Part shown: one piece after another, positions 36,702 through 46,413 of the stretch
Position numbering within the stretch: the stretch's first letter is position 1
Layout: the number at the start of each line of letters is the position of its first letter
NCBI GenBank assembly: GCA_003599855.1
Contig: QZKG01000070.1
Coordinates: 5,698-69,697 of the forward strand
Source of the DNA: Gaiellales bacterium
Lineage (GTDB): Bacteria > Actinomycetota > Thermoleophilia > BMS3ABIN01
Length of the DNA: 64,000 nt
Direction of reading: 5' to 3'
The notes under the pieces: generated by a model
What the model saw: the letters and a program-made list of their open reading frames with translations, nothing else
Databases searched by the model: none
Told to the model about the DNA's origin: nothing
Program-made: the position numbers and the translations under genes

Positions 36702-38662
36702 GTGAAGAAAAAGCCAAGAAGAAAAAGGACGAGACGCCGCGAGTCCATAGTATCGACCCGGCAGCCGTCGAAGTTCTGAAGAAGGCTGAAGACGAGGGCA
36801 TCAGCACCGTCTTCTCCCGCGTGGAGGAGATGAAACAGTGCCCCATCGGAGCCGCAGGGTCATGCTGCGCTTACTGCGCCATGGGGCCCTGCCGCCTGGT
36901 GGGCAAGGGCGCCGAGGAGAAGACCGGCATCTGCGGCGCGACCCACGGCACCATCGGCGCCCGCTTCATCCTGAGGGCGTGTGCCACGGGCACCTCTGCC
37001 CATGCCGACCACGGCCGCGACATAGCCCAGACCCTCAAGGCGGTCTCCGAGGGGCGCGCCACCAGTTATTCGATCCGCGACCCGGAGAAACTGATGAAGG
37101 TGGCGGGCTACATGGGCGTTCCCACCGAAGGCAGGGAGATCCTCGAGATCGCCGGGGATGTCGCCGACATCGCGCTGGCGAATTACAACGGGACCGTGGC
37201 AGGCGGCGAGTTGACCTATGCCGCCCGCGCGATCGGGAAACGTCAGGAGCTCTGGCGCAAGACGAAGCTGATGCCCCGCGGCATCGACCGCGAGGTCGTG
37301 GAGAGCATGCACCGGACCCACGTGGGCGTCGACCAGGACGCCGAGCACCTGCTGGACCAGGCTATGCGCGTGTCTCTCTCCGACGGCTGGGGCGGCGCCA
37401 TGCTGGCGACCGACCTGTCCGACGTGCTGTTCGGCACGCCTGAGCCGCTCACTTCGAAGGCGAACCTGGGTGTACTGAGGACGGATGAGGTTAATATCAT
37501 CGTCCACGGCCACGAGCCGACCCTGTCGGAGATGATCGTGGCGGCGTCCCAGGACCCCGAGCTCATCGAATACGCCAGGAGCAAGGGCGCCCAGGGCATC
37601 AACCTCGCCGGCATCTGCTGTACCGCCAACGAGGTCCTGATGCGGCACGGCATCTCGCCTGCCGGCAACTTCCTCCACCAGGAGCTGGCTATCATCACCG
37701 GCGCCGTGGAGGCGATGGTGGTGGACGTCCAGTGCGTCATGCAGGCGCTGCAGCCGCTGGCCGAGAAGTACCACACGAAACTGATAACCACCTCTCCCAA
37801 GGCCAAGATACCCGGAGCGACCCATGTCGAGTTCGACGAGGAGCACGCCCTGGATATCGCCAAGGAGATCGTGAAGATGGCAGTCGACAACTACGAGAAG
37901 CGCGGCGAGACGGCCATCCCGGAACATACCGGCGACATGATCGCCGGGTTCTCCCACGAGTATATCGAGTACATGCTGGGCGGCCGCTACCGCGCCTCGT
38001 TCCGGCCCTTGAACGACAACATCATCAACGGCAAGATCCAGGGCGCGGTGGCCATCGTCGGCTGCAACAACCCCCGCGTGACCCAGGACGAGGGCATCAC
38101 CTGGCTCATCAAGGAGCTGATCAAGCGCGACGTGCTGGTGGTAGTCACGGGCTGCGCCGCCCATGCGGCGGGCAAGCATAGCCTGATGATCCCCGAGATG
38201 ATGGAGAACGCCGGCCCCGGCCTGCGGGAGGTGTGCGAGGCGGTGGGCATGCCGCCGGTGCTGCACCTGGGGAGCTGCGTGGATAATTCGCGCATCCTCA
38301 CCATCCTCACGCACGTCGTCGAGGAAGGCGGCCTGGGCGAGGACATCTCCGACCTGCCCGCAGCGGCGATCTGCCCCGAGTACTACTGTGACAAGGCCAT
38401 CGCCATCGGCACTTACGCGGCGGCTTCGGGCGCCTACGTGGTGTTCGGCGTGCGCTCGCCCATCGAGGACTGCTCCGAGGTGACCGAGCTGATGACGACC
38501 GGTTGGGAAGAGAAGGTCGGCGGCCAGCTGCTCTGGGAGCCGGAGAAGGAAAAGATACTGGAAAAGGTCTGGAACCGCATCCAGGAGAAGCGGGAAGCGC
38601 TCGGCATCAACGAGGAAAAAGAGCGTGTGCTGCTTGACATGGCCGCCAGGCGAGAGTTGTAG
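36698..38662 (+). CDS. cooS: Anaerobic carbon-monoxide dehydrogenase catalytic subunit (CODH; AcsA/CooS)
   Basis: N-terminal B/D-cluster Cys motifs (CPIGAAGSCCAYCAMGPCRL), C-cluster ligand regions, 654 aa. ATGA start/stop overlap with acsD. RBS AAGGAGAAAA. Confidence 0.85.
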   Translation: MSEEKAKKKKDETPRVHSIDPAAVEVLKKAEDEGISTVFSRVEEMKQCPIGAAGSCCAYCAMGPCRLVGKGAEEKTGICGATHGTIGARFILRACATGTSAHADHGRDIAQTLKAVSEGRATSYSIRDPEKLMKVAGYMGVPTEGREILEIAGDVADIALANYNGTVAGGELTYAARAIGKRQELWRKTKLMPRGIDREVVESMHRTHVGVDQDAEHLLDQAMRVSLSDGWGGAMLATDLSDVLFGTPEPLTSKANLGVLRTDEVNIIVHGHEPTLSEMIVAASQDPELIEYARSKGAQGINLAGICCTANEVLMRHGISPAGNFLHQELAIITGAVEAMVVDVQCVMQALQPLAEKYHTKLITTSPKAKIPGATHVEFDEEHALDIAKEIVKMAVDNYEKRGETAIPEHTGDMIAGFSHEYIEYMLGGRYRASFRPLNDNIINGKIQGAVAIVGCNNPRVTQDEGITWLIKELIKRDVLVVVTGCAAHAAGKHSLMIPEMMENAGPGLREVCEAVGMPPVLHLGSCVDNSRILTILTHVVEEGGLGEDISDLPAAAICPEYYCDKAIAIGTYAAASGAYVVFGVRSPIEDCSEVTELMTTGWEEKVGGQLLWEPEKEKILEKVWNRIQEKREALGINEEKERVLLDMAARREL

Positions 38663-38670
38663 GAGGAGAC

Positions 38671-40875
38671 ATGAGCAAACTAATCGCAATATCAGTAATC
38701 GCCGGGGCCAGGCAATGGGTGAACGAGGCCGAGGAATCACTGCAGCTCGCCATCGACAACTTCGGCCCCGAGCAGGATATCGAGCTGCCCAATACCGGCT
38801 ACTACCTCCCGGTCATCTACGGCCTCACCGGCATCAAGGTGGAGAAGATCAAGGACATGGAGCAGGTGCTCGACCACGCACGCGAGCTGCTCCCCGGAGA
38901 TATCAGTGACAGCATCTGGACCCCGTACCTGGGCAACGCCCTCGACGCGGGTGTCGCCACGCTGTTCTCCCAGGAGATCATCGAGTCGCTGAGGTACCTG
39001 CATGAGCCGGGCTTCTATACCGGCACCGACACGCCCACCGATGACAACCTCTGGCTGGGCGCGGCGGATGACGTCATCATGCGCGAGCGCGGCGTCGAGT
39101 TCGTCGACGGCACGGCTCCCGGCTTCGCCGCCATCACCGGTTCGGCTCCCGATGTGGAGACCGCCGTCAAGCTGGCCCAGGAGCTCAAGGAGAAGATGCT
39201 CTACGTCTTCATCGCCGGCAAGAACCAGGTAACCAAGGTGAGCTTCGCCGAGCAGCTGGTGGAAGGCGGCATGGAGCTGGGCTGGAACACCCGCCTGGTG
39301 CCCTTCAGCCCCTACGTTTCCGGCCACATCTTCAGCCTCGGCTTCGCCACCAGGGCCGCGCTGGCCTTCGGCGGCGTGCAGCCGGGCGACTACCGGAACG
39401 TGCTCAAGTACAACAAGGACCGCGTCTTCGCCTTCGTGCTGGCGCTGGACGAGGTCTCGGACAAGAAATACGCGACGGCCGCCGGCGCCATATCTTACGG
39501 CTTCCCGACCATCGCCGACACGCCGATACCGGAGATCCTGCCCACGGGCGTCTGCACTTACGAGCACGTGGTCAGCAGCGTCCCCCATGATGAGATGGTC
39601 CAGCGCGCCATCGAGGTGCGCGGCCTCAAGGTGGTCGTCACCGAGGTGCCGGTGCCGGTAGCTTACGGCCCCGCCTTCGAGGGCGAGCGCATCCGCAAGG
39701 GCGAGTACTGGGTCGAGATGGCCGGGCCGAAATCGGCCGGTTTCGAGCTTACCGAGATAGCCGACAACGTCGAGGACGGCAAGGTTACCGTGGTCGGCCC
39801 CGAGATGGACGAGGTGGAGGCGGAATCCACCATACCCTTCGGCATCCATGTCGAGGTAGCCGGGCGCAAGATGCAGAAGGACTTCGAACCTATCCTCGAG
39901 CGCCAGGGCCACTCGTTCTTCAACGAGGCCGAGGGCGTGCTGCACATGGGCCAGCGCGACACCATCTGGTTCCGCATCAGCAAGCGGGCCCACGACGCCG
40001 GCCTCACCTTCGAGGACCTGGGCAAGATCATCCACGCCCGCTACCACGGGGAGTTCGGCGAGGTGGTGGACAAGGTGCAGGTGACGATCTACACCAACCA
40101 GGAGGACGTCGACCGGCTGATGGAGAAGGCCCGCGAAGCCTATGCCGAGCGCGACGAGCGCCTGGGGAGCCTCACCGACGAGAGCGTCGATACGTTCTAC
40201 TCCTGCATCCTCTGCCAGAGCTTCGCGCCGACGCACGTCTGCGTCATCACGCCGGAGCGTCCGGGCCTCTGCGGCTCGTACAACTGGCTCGACGGCAAGG
40301 CAGCTTACGAGATCAACCCCACCGGCGGCAACCAGCCGGTGCCCAAGGGCGAGACCGTGGACGACGACCGCGGCCAGTGGAGCGGCGTCAACGAGTACGT
40401 CAGGGAGCATTCCCAGGGTCAGGTGGAGGCGTTCAACACCTACTCGATGATGGAGAACCCCATGACCTCCTGCGGCTGCTTCGAGGTCATCAGCTGCGTG
40501 TTGCCGATGTGCAACGGCATCATGACGGTCAACCGAGAGTACAAGGGCGACACGCCTTCGGGCATGAAGTTCTCGACCCTGGCCGGTTCCGTGGGCGGCG
40601 GCGTGCAGAGCCCCGGCTTCCTGGGCCACTCCAAGTTCTACATGGGCTCGCCCAAGTTCATCTCGGCGGACGGCGGCATCAAGCGCCTCGTCTGGATGCC
40701 CAAGGAGCTCAAGGAAGAGATGCGCGACCTCCTCACCAAGGCCGGCGAGCGCGTCGGCGACCCCGGGCTGATCGACAAGATCTGCACGGAGGAGGAAGCG
40801 GTGGAGGAGTCGGAAGTGCTCGAGTACCTCCAGAAGGTCGGCCACCCGGCCCTGGAGATGGAGTCGCTGTTCTAG
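38671..40875 (+). CDS. acsB: Acetyl-CoA synthase (CODH/ACS alpha subunit; AcsB/CdhC)
   Basis: A-cluster motifs CILCQSFAPTHVCVITPERPGLCGSYNWLD and SCGCFE. 734 aa. RBS GGAGGAG. Confidence 0.85.
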   Translation: MSKLIAISVIAGARQWVNEAEESLQLAIDNFGPEQDIELPNTGYYLPVIYGLTGIKVEKIKDMEQVLDHARELLPGDISDSIWTPYLGNALDAGVATLFSQEIIESLRYLHEPGFYTGTDTPTDDNLWLGAADDVIMRERGVEFVDGTAPGFAAITGSAPDVETAVKLAQELKEKMLYVFIAGKNQVTKVSFAEQLVEGGMELGWNTRLVPFSPYVSGHIFSLGFATRAALAFGGVQPGDYRNVLKYNKDRVFAFVLALDEVSDKKYATAAGAISYGFPTIADTPIPEILPTGVCTYEHVVSSVPHDEMVQRAIEVRGLKVVVTEVPVPVAYGPAFEGERIRKGEYWVEMAGPKSAGFELTEIADNVEDGKVTVVGPEMDEVEAESTIPFGIHVEVAGRKMQKDFEPILERQGHSFFNEAEGVLHMGQRDTIWFRISKRAHDAGLTFEDLGKIIHARYHGEFGEVVDKVQVTIYTNQEDVDRLMEKAREAYAERDERLGSLTDESVDTFYSCILCQSFAPTHVCVITPERPGLCGSYNWLDGKAAYEINPTGGNQPVPKGETVDDDRGQWSGVNEYVREHSQGQVEAFNTYSMMENPMTSCGCFEVISCVLPMCNGIMTVNREYKGDTPSGMKFSTLAGSVGGGVQSPGFLGHSKFYMGSPKFISADGGIKRLVWMPKELKEEMRDLLTKAGERVGDPGLIDKICTEEEAVEESEVLEYLQKVGHPALEMESLF

Positions 40876-41084
40876 GCAGGCGATAACAGCCACCCGGCGG
40901 CGTCAGGAGCTGCTGCCGGTGGCTGACTCACATATCAGCCGGCCCGAGCCGGCACCCCAGGGAAGCGGTCCGGCAGGGCCGCTTCCCGGGTGAGATTGCG
41001 GCCCGGAGCGATTTGATATTTACTATTAGTCCAGCGTCAAGGTATCCGGTATCTGTTGTCAGACCGAGAAGGGAGTGTAGTTAA

Positions 41085-42431
41085 GTGGCTCTAAGTGGAT
41101 TGCAAATATTCAAGCTGCTTCCCAAGACCAACTGCAAGGAGTGCGGCTTTCCTACATGCATGGCCTTTGCCATGCAGCTCGCCGCCGGCAAGGCGGAGCT
41201 CGATCAGTGTCCCTACGTGACCGAAGAGGCGAAGGCGGAGCTGGGAGCCGCCTCGGCCCCTCCGATCCGCAAGGTGATCATAGGCGCCGGCGACATGGCG
41301 GTGACCGTTGGTGAGGAGACCGTTCTCTACCGGCACGAGAAGCGTTTCGAACACATGCCGGGCCTGGGCGTCCTGATCACGGAGGACATGGACGACGCCA
41401 CCGTCGACAAGCTGCTCGGCCAGCTGAAGGACATGGAGTTCAATTATGTGGGCCAGAACCTGCGGCCGCGGGTAGCGGCCATCAGGGCTGCAGACCCTGC
41501 TAAACTGGCCGCACTGGCAGCCAGGGCGGACTCGGCCGCGGGCGCCGCGCTGGTGCTCATCAATGACGACGCCGGGGCCCTGAAGGCGGCAGCAGAACCG
41601 CTCAAGGACAAGAAGCCGCTGCTCTATGCCGCCACGGAGGAAAACTTCGACGCGGTGGCGGCGGTAGCCGGTGAGCTCGGCGTTCCCATGGCCATCAAGG
41701 CTGATTCCCTGGAAAAACTGGCAGAGCTGGGGCAGAAGGCGGTGGATGCCGACCTCAAGGAGGTCGTGCTGGACCCGTCCTCGGCGACGCTGGGGGACGT
41801 GCTGATGGACCAGACGCTCATCCGCCGCGCGGCGATCAAGCAGACCTTCCGGCCGCTGGGCTTCCCCACGATCGGCTTCCCCTGCGACATGACCGATGAC
41901 CCCATGCTCGAGGCTGTTTACGCCTCGGTGTTCGTGGCCAAGTACGCCGGCATCGTCATCCTTTCGGACCTCGACCCGGCGCGGGTGCTGCCGCTGTTGT
42001 ACCTCAGCCAGAACATCTACACCGATCCGCAGAAGCCCATGCAGATGGAGCAGGGCATCTATCCGATCAACGAGCCAACCGAAGACTCGCCGATCCTCGT
42101 GACGACGAACTTCTCGCTGACGTATTTCACGGTCTCTTCGGAAGTAGAGGCCAGCAAGGTCCCCGCCTGGCTCTGCATCATGGATGTCGAAGGCCAGTCG
42201 GTGCTGACCGCCTGGGCGGCGGGCAAGTTCGTCGCCGACGCCATCGCTCCCTTCCTCAAGAAGAGCGGCATCGATGAGAAGGCGCCGCATAAGAAGGTCA
42301 TCATCCCGGGTTACGTCGCCCAGATATCCGGCGAGCTCGACGAGGAGCTGGGGGACGGCTGGGAAGTGCAGGTAGGAGTGCGTGAGGCCGCCGACATCCC
42401 CAAGTTCCTGCGGCAGTGGAGCGCGAATTAG
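41085..42431 (+). CDS. acsC: Corrinoid iron-sulfur protein large subunit (AcsC/CdhE)
   Basis: N-terminal 4Fe-4S motif TNCKECGFPTCMAFAMQLA...CPYV, followed by TIM-barrel and B12-binding regions. 448 aa. Confidence 0.8.
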   Translation: MALSGLQIFKLLPKTNCKECGFPTCMAFAMQLAAGKAELDQCPYVTEEAKAELGAASAPPIRKVIIGAGDMAVTVGEETVLYRHEKRFEHMPGLGVLITEDMDDATVDKLLGQLKDMEFNYVGQNLRPRVAAIRAADPAKLAALAARADSAAGAALVLINDDAGALKAAAEPLKDKKPLLYAATEENFDAVAAVAGELGVPMAIKADSLEKLAELGQKAVDADLKEVVLDPSSATLGDVLMDQTLIRRAAIKQTFRPLGFPTIGFPCDMTDDPMLEAVYASVFVAKYAGIVILSDLDPARVLPLLYLSQNIYTDPQKPMQMEQGIYPINEPTEDSPILVTTNFSLTYFTVSSEVEASKVPAWLCIMDVEGQSVLTAWAAGKFVADAIAPFLKKSGIDEKAPHKKVIIPGYVAQISGELDEELGDGWEVQVGVREAADIPKFLRQWSAN

Positions 42432-42652
42432 GGCACCGGCGGCGGTTTGCGGAACCGGACGAGGATCAGCAGGGGTGCGGGCAGCGAGCGCTCCCGTTTG
42501 AGCCCTGCTTCAGGAAGCACCCCGGGCAGCCGGCGGCGCAGTCAGCCTGACGCCCGTGGGGCAGGCGTGACGCGGGCCAGGGATACGTCCGGCGTCGCGG
42601 GCGCCTCGATCAGCCGCCGGCTCCGGCGATAACAACTCGATTTCAATTGATT

Positions 42653-44650
42653 ATGGCTCAGGACCAGACGATAACCAGGCATTTCTTCCGTCCCGGCACG
42701 GGTGATGACGGGCTGCGCCCGCCCTGCGAGGTAGCCTGCCCGATCCACACCGATGCCCAGCGCTATATCCAGCTCGTCGCGGCGGGGAGGTATGCCGACG
42801 CCCTGGAGGTGATCCGGGATACCAACGCCCTGCCCCAGTCCATCGGGCGCATCTGCGCGCACCCCTGCGAGGATGCCTGCAGGCGCGGCCAGGTGGATGA
42901 ACCGATAGCCATCTGCAACATCAAGCGGGAAGCCAGCGACGGCGCCAAGGCCGAGGGCCGAGGTTACGACCCGCCCCGCCCCCAGTTCGGAGACAGGAAA
43001 GTGGCGATCATCGGTTCCGGACCTTCGGGTCTGGCGGCCGCCCATGACCTCGCCCTGATGGGGATCAGGCCGGTGGTCTACGAGCGTCAGCCGGAGGCTG
43101 GCGGCTTCCTGAGGACGGGAATCCTCAACTACCGGCTGCCCAAGGATATCCTGGACGAGGACATCGCATACATAACCGGCATGGGTGTGGAGATCAGGAC
43201 CGGCGTCGCCATCGGGGAGGACGTCGGTTTCGACGAGCTGGCTGCTGAGCATGACGCGGTGCTCATAGCCGTGGGGCTCTCCGAGAGCCGATCGCTCCCC
43301 GTCGCGGGGGTCGACAACAGGGGCGTCCTGCTGGCTGTGCCCTTCCTCGAGGCGGTCAACGCCGGCAGGGAGGTCCCGGAGCTGGGCAAGGAGATCATCG
43401 TCATCGGCGGCGGCAACGTCGCTATCGACGTGGCTCGTTCTGCCAGGCGCGTTTCCGGCGGCGACGTGACCATGGTCTGCCTCGAGGCAGACCACGAGAT
43501 GCCTGCCCACGACTGGGAGGTCAGGGACGCAGTTGCAGAAGGAGTGAAGATAGTCTGCAGCCAGGGCCCTAACGCCATAGTCGGCGACGGACAGGTAGAG
43601 GGGCTGGAGATGAAAAGGTGCGAGTCGGTCTTCGACGAGCAGGGCCGCTTCGCGCCGACCTTCTGCGAGACAGAGCTTTCAACGCTGCCCGGCGACACCG
43701 TGATCATCTCCATCGGCCAGATGTCCGACATGTCTTTCCTGGGTGGTTCCGGGCCGGAGCTGGACGGGCGGGGCATACTCGTGTTCGACCGGGAGCAGTG
43801 CGCTACGACCCGGCGGGGTGTGTTCGCCAGCGGTGAGGTCGTCACCGGCCCGGGGGCCGCGGTGAGCGCCATGGCCAGCGGCAAGCGGGCCGCCATCGCC
43901 ATCGGCAAGTTTCTGGGCGTGGACGTGGATTTTCCCGCCGAGCCACGCGCTGTCAACGAATTGCCCGGTTACGTGGCCGGCATGATAAACAAGGGCGCCC
44001 GGCGCTCCGTGCCGGCGCGGCCTGAGGACGAGCGCGTCAGGGACTTCGGCGAGGTGGAGCTGGGGCTGGGCGAGGTGGACGGCCGCTGCGAGGCTTCGCG
44101 CTGCCTGCTCTGCGCCGCGGGCGCGCGCTATTCGGAGACCAGATGCATCTCCTGCCTCACCTGCGTGCGAGTCTGCCCCTACGCGGCGCCGGAGGCTGAC
44201 GGGAACGGTCTCCTGAAGATCGATCCCGACAAGTGCCAGGCGTGCGGCATCTGTTTCACCCAGTGTCCGGCCAAGGCGATCGACCTGGCTGTGCTTTCAG
44301 AGGACGACATCCGCGCTGCCGTAGACGCGGCGCTGGAGGGTAGCGGGGAAGTGGAGTTCGGTTGCTGGTATCCCCAGACGAGGGTCGCGGCTGAAGCCGG
44401 CGCAGTGATGCTGCCCTGCACCGCGCGCCTGAGCCTCGGCCTGGTGCTCTACGCCTTCGAGGCCGGCGCCGGGCGGGTACACGTGGCCGTCTGCAGCGAG
44501 GACGACAACGGCCGCTTCGTCACGGGGCATCGTCAGACCAGGGCGGTGGTCGAAGAGGGCCGCAGGGCATTGCAGGAGATCGGCCTGGACCCCGAGGCCC
44601 TGGTGTTGACCCTGGTCAAGGAGAAGAAATGCCTGAAACCGCAGCAATGA
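42653..44650 (+). CDS. HdrA-like electron-bifurcation candidate: GltD/NfnB-like FAD/NAD(P)H oxidoreductase fused to 2x[4Fe-4S] ferredoxin and a C-terminal MvhD-like domain
   Basis: GltD N-terminal Fe-S region (CEVACPIHTDAQRYI...CAHPCEDACRRG), dinucleotide fold (KVAIIGSGPSGLAAA), ferredoxin motifs (CISCLTCVRVCP, CQACGICFTQCP), and a C-terminal MvhD-like block (FGCWYPQTRVAAEAGAVMLPCTARLS...VAVCSEDDNGRF). Located immediately upstream of metV-metF. Confidence 0.6.
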   Translation: MAQDQTITRHFFRPGTGDDGLRPPCEVACPIHTDAQRYIQLVAAGRYADALEVIRDTNALPQSIGRICAHPCEDACRRGQVDEPIAICNIKREASDGAKAEGRGYDPPRPQFGDRKVAIIGSGPSGLAAAHDLALMGIRPVVYERQPEAGGFLRTGILNYRLPKDILDEDIAYITGMGVEIRTGVAIGEDVGFDELAAEHDAVLIAVGLSESRSLPVAGVDNRGVLLAVPFLEAVNAGREVPELGKEIIVIGGGNVAIDVARSARRVSGGDVTMVCLEADHEMPAHDWEVRDAVAEGVKIVCSQGPNAIVGDGQVEGLEMKRCESVFDEQGRFAPTFCETELSTLPGDTVIISIGQMSDMSFLGGSGPELDGRGILVFDREQCATTRRGVFASGEVVTGPGAAVSAMASGKRAAIAIGKFLGVDVDFPAEPRAVNELPGYVAGMINKGARRSVPARPEDERVRDFGEVELGLGEVDGRCEASRCLLCAAGARYSETRCISCLTCVRVCPYAAPEADGNGLLKIDPDKCQACGICFTQCPAKAIDLAVLSEDDIRAAVDAALEGSGEVEFGCWYPQTRVAAEAGAVMLPCTARLSLGLVLYAFEAGAGRVHVAVCSEDDNGRFVTGHRQTRAVVEEGRRALQEIGLDPEALVLTLVKEKKCLKPQQ

Positions 44651-44660
44651 GGCGGCAACG

Positions 44661-45329
44661 ATGATAACCGCTGAACGAAAACCTTTTGAACAGATAAGGG
44701 CGGTCACCGACCAGTTCGGGAAAGTGCTGGTGGTGGGCTGCAACACCTGTGTAGCCGTCTGCCTGACCGGCGGTGAGAAGGAAGCCGAGGTGCTGGCGTC
44801 CCAGCTCAGGATCGCCCGCGGTCAGGACGGCATCGCTGGCAGCGTCGAGACCGTGACGGTGCTGCGCCAGTGCGAGAACGAGTATCTCGATGCCATCAGC
44901 GAGCAGGTGAAGGCTGCCGACCTGGTGCTCTCCACCGCCTGTAGCATCGGACCACAGGGCATCGCCGAGCGCTTCCCTGGCGTGCGGGTGGCCCCGGCGA
45001 TGAACACCAACATGATGGCGGTGGTCAAGGGGCACCACCACTGGGCTGAGTACTGTGTCGCCTGCGGTGATTGCGGCATCTTCAACACCGGCGGGATCTG
45101 CCCCATCGCCCGCTGCGCCAAGACGCTCATCAACGGGCCCTGCGGCGGCTCCCAGGGCGGCAGGTGCGAGATCTCCCCGGACGTCGAGTGCGTCTGGCAG
45201 CTCATCCATGACCAGCTGGTCTCCCTGGGGCTCGAGGAGAACCTCCGCAAGATCAGCGGCCCCAAGAAGTGGTCCAGCGCCAATACCGGTGGGCCCCGGT
45301 CGATGAAGAAGGAAGGGTTCAAGCCATGA
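44661..45329 (+). CDS. metV: Methylene-THF reductase small subunit MetV (MTHFR C-terminal-like zinc-ribbon protein)
   Basis: Cys-rich blocks GCNTCVAVC, CVACGDCG and NGPCGGSQGGRCE, typical of acetogen MetV. ATGA overlap with metF. Confidence 0.6.
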   Translation: MITAERKPFEQIRAVTDQFGKVLVVGCNTCVAVCLTGGEKEAEVLASQLRIARGQDGIAGSVETVTVLRQCENEYLDAISEQVKAADLVLSTACSIGPQGIAERFPGVRVAPAMNTNMMAVVKGHHHWAEYCVACGDCGIFNTGGICPIARCAKTLINGPCGGSQGGRCEISPDVECVWQLIHDQLVSLGLEENLRKISGPKKWSSANTGGPRSMKKEGFKP

Positions 45330-46246
45330 AGTCGGGCTCGATACTGGAAAAAACCCTGGAATCCGGGGCTTTCGCAGTGACTGGAGAGCTGGGGCCGCCC
45401 AAGGGCGCGGACGCCGGCGTCATCACCAGGAAGGCCAACATCCTCAAGGGGCATGTGGACGCGGTCAACATCACCGACAACCAGACCGCCATCTCCCGCA
45501 TGGCCAGTATGGCGGCAGCGAAGATCGCCCTGGATGAGGGCCTGGAGCCGATCATGCAGATGACCTGCCGCGACCGCAACCGCCTGGCGATGCAGGCCGA
45601 CATCCTCGGGGCCGCGGCCCTGGGCATCAGGAACCTGCTCTGCCTGACAGGCGACCATCAGAGCTTCGGCAACCATCCGGACGCCATGGGGGTCTTCGAC
45701 CTTGACTCCGTGACGCTGATCAGGATGGTGAAGGACATGCGCGACGTGCCCGCCTTCCAGTGCGGCGAGGAGATAACGAAAGCGCCGGAGCTCTACATCG
45801 GCGCTGCCGCCAACCCTTACGCCGACCCGTTCCCGTTCCGCGCCATCCGCCTGGCCAAGAAGGTCGACGCCGGCATCGACTTCTGCCAGACGCAGATAAT
45901 CTTCAACGTGGACAAGTTCGACCAGTTCATGGCCCAGTGCCGCGAGCTGGGGGTGACCGAGCGCTGCCGGATACTCGCCGGGGTCGCGCCGCTCAAGAGC
46001 GCCGGCATGGCGAAATACATGAAGAACCGCGTGGCTGGCATGGACGTGCCCGAGGAGGTCATCAGCCGCATGGAGGGGGCGGCGGACGCCCAGGACGAGG
46101 GGATCCAGGTCTGTGTCGACGTGATAGACCGGGTCCGGGAGATAGAGGGCGTCGCCGGGGTGCACATCATGGCTGTCGAGTGGGAAGAGGCGGTGCCCGA
46201 GATCGTCAGCCGCGCCGGCCTCAGGCCTGGATCGGCACGGTCTTGA
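45326..46246 (+). CDS. metF: 5,10-methylenetetrahydrofolate reductase (acetogen type, MetF)
   Basis: FAVTGELGPPKG...VDAVNITDNQTA...MQMTCRDRNR...LCLTGDHQ are MetF motifs. Start ATG 45326 overlaps the metV stop. The track's upstream extension was rejected. Confidence 0.75.
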   Translation: MKSGSILEKTLESGAFAVTGELGPPKGADAGVITRKANILKGHVDAVNITDNQTAISRMASMAAAKIALDEGLEPIMQMTCRDRNRLAMQADILGAAALGIRNLLCLTGDHQSFGNHPDAMGVFDLDSVTLIRMVKDMRDVPAFQCGEEITKAPELYIGAAANPYADPFPFRAIRLAKKVDAGIDFCQTQIIFNVDKFDQFMAQCRELGVTERCRILAGVAPLKSAGMAKYMKNRVAGMDVPEEVISRMEGAADAQDEGIQVCVDVIDRVREIEGVAGVHIMAVEWEEAVPEIVSRAGLRPGSARS

Positions 46247-46413
46247 GGGAGGCGCCGCCGGTTTTAAGTTTTGGCCCTGTCCGGATAAAATAGATGAGTT
46301 TGGATCAGGTCCTGGCCCTGGACTCCAGGAAAGTGACAGTTCTTTTCGCAGAACCCAAGCCGGAGAGCCCGCGCGGGCCCGGCAGACCGTAAATCGTATC
46401 TACAGGAGGCTGG

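Noticed and set aside
36860-40893. Two very long antisense ORFs (626 aa at 36860..38740 and 718 aa at 38737..40893, minus strand) opposite cooS and acsB
   Set aside because: They overlap the full length of two genes with unambiguous catalytic motifs on the plus strand. Their translations are Arg/Ala/Gly/Leu-rich low-complexity sequences typical of GC-rich antisense frames. No RBS or promoter is evident.
45269-45325. N-terminal extension of metF (MVQRQYRWAPVDEEGRVQA)
   Set aside because: It overlaps the 3' end of metV in another frame. MKSGS at 45326 overlaps the metV stop as ATGA and aligns with the MetF N-terminus.
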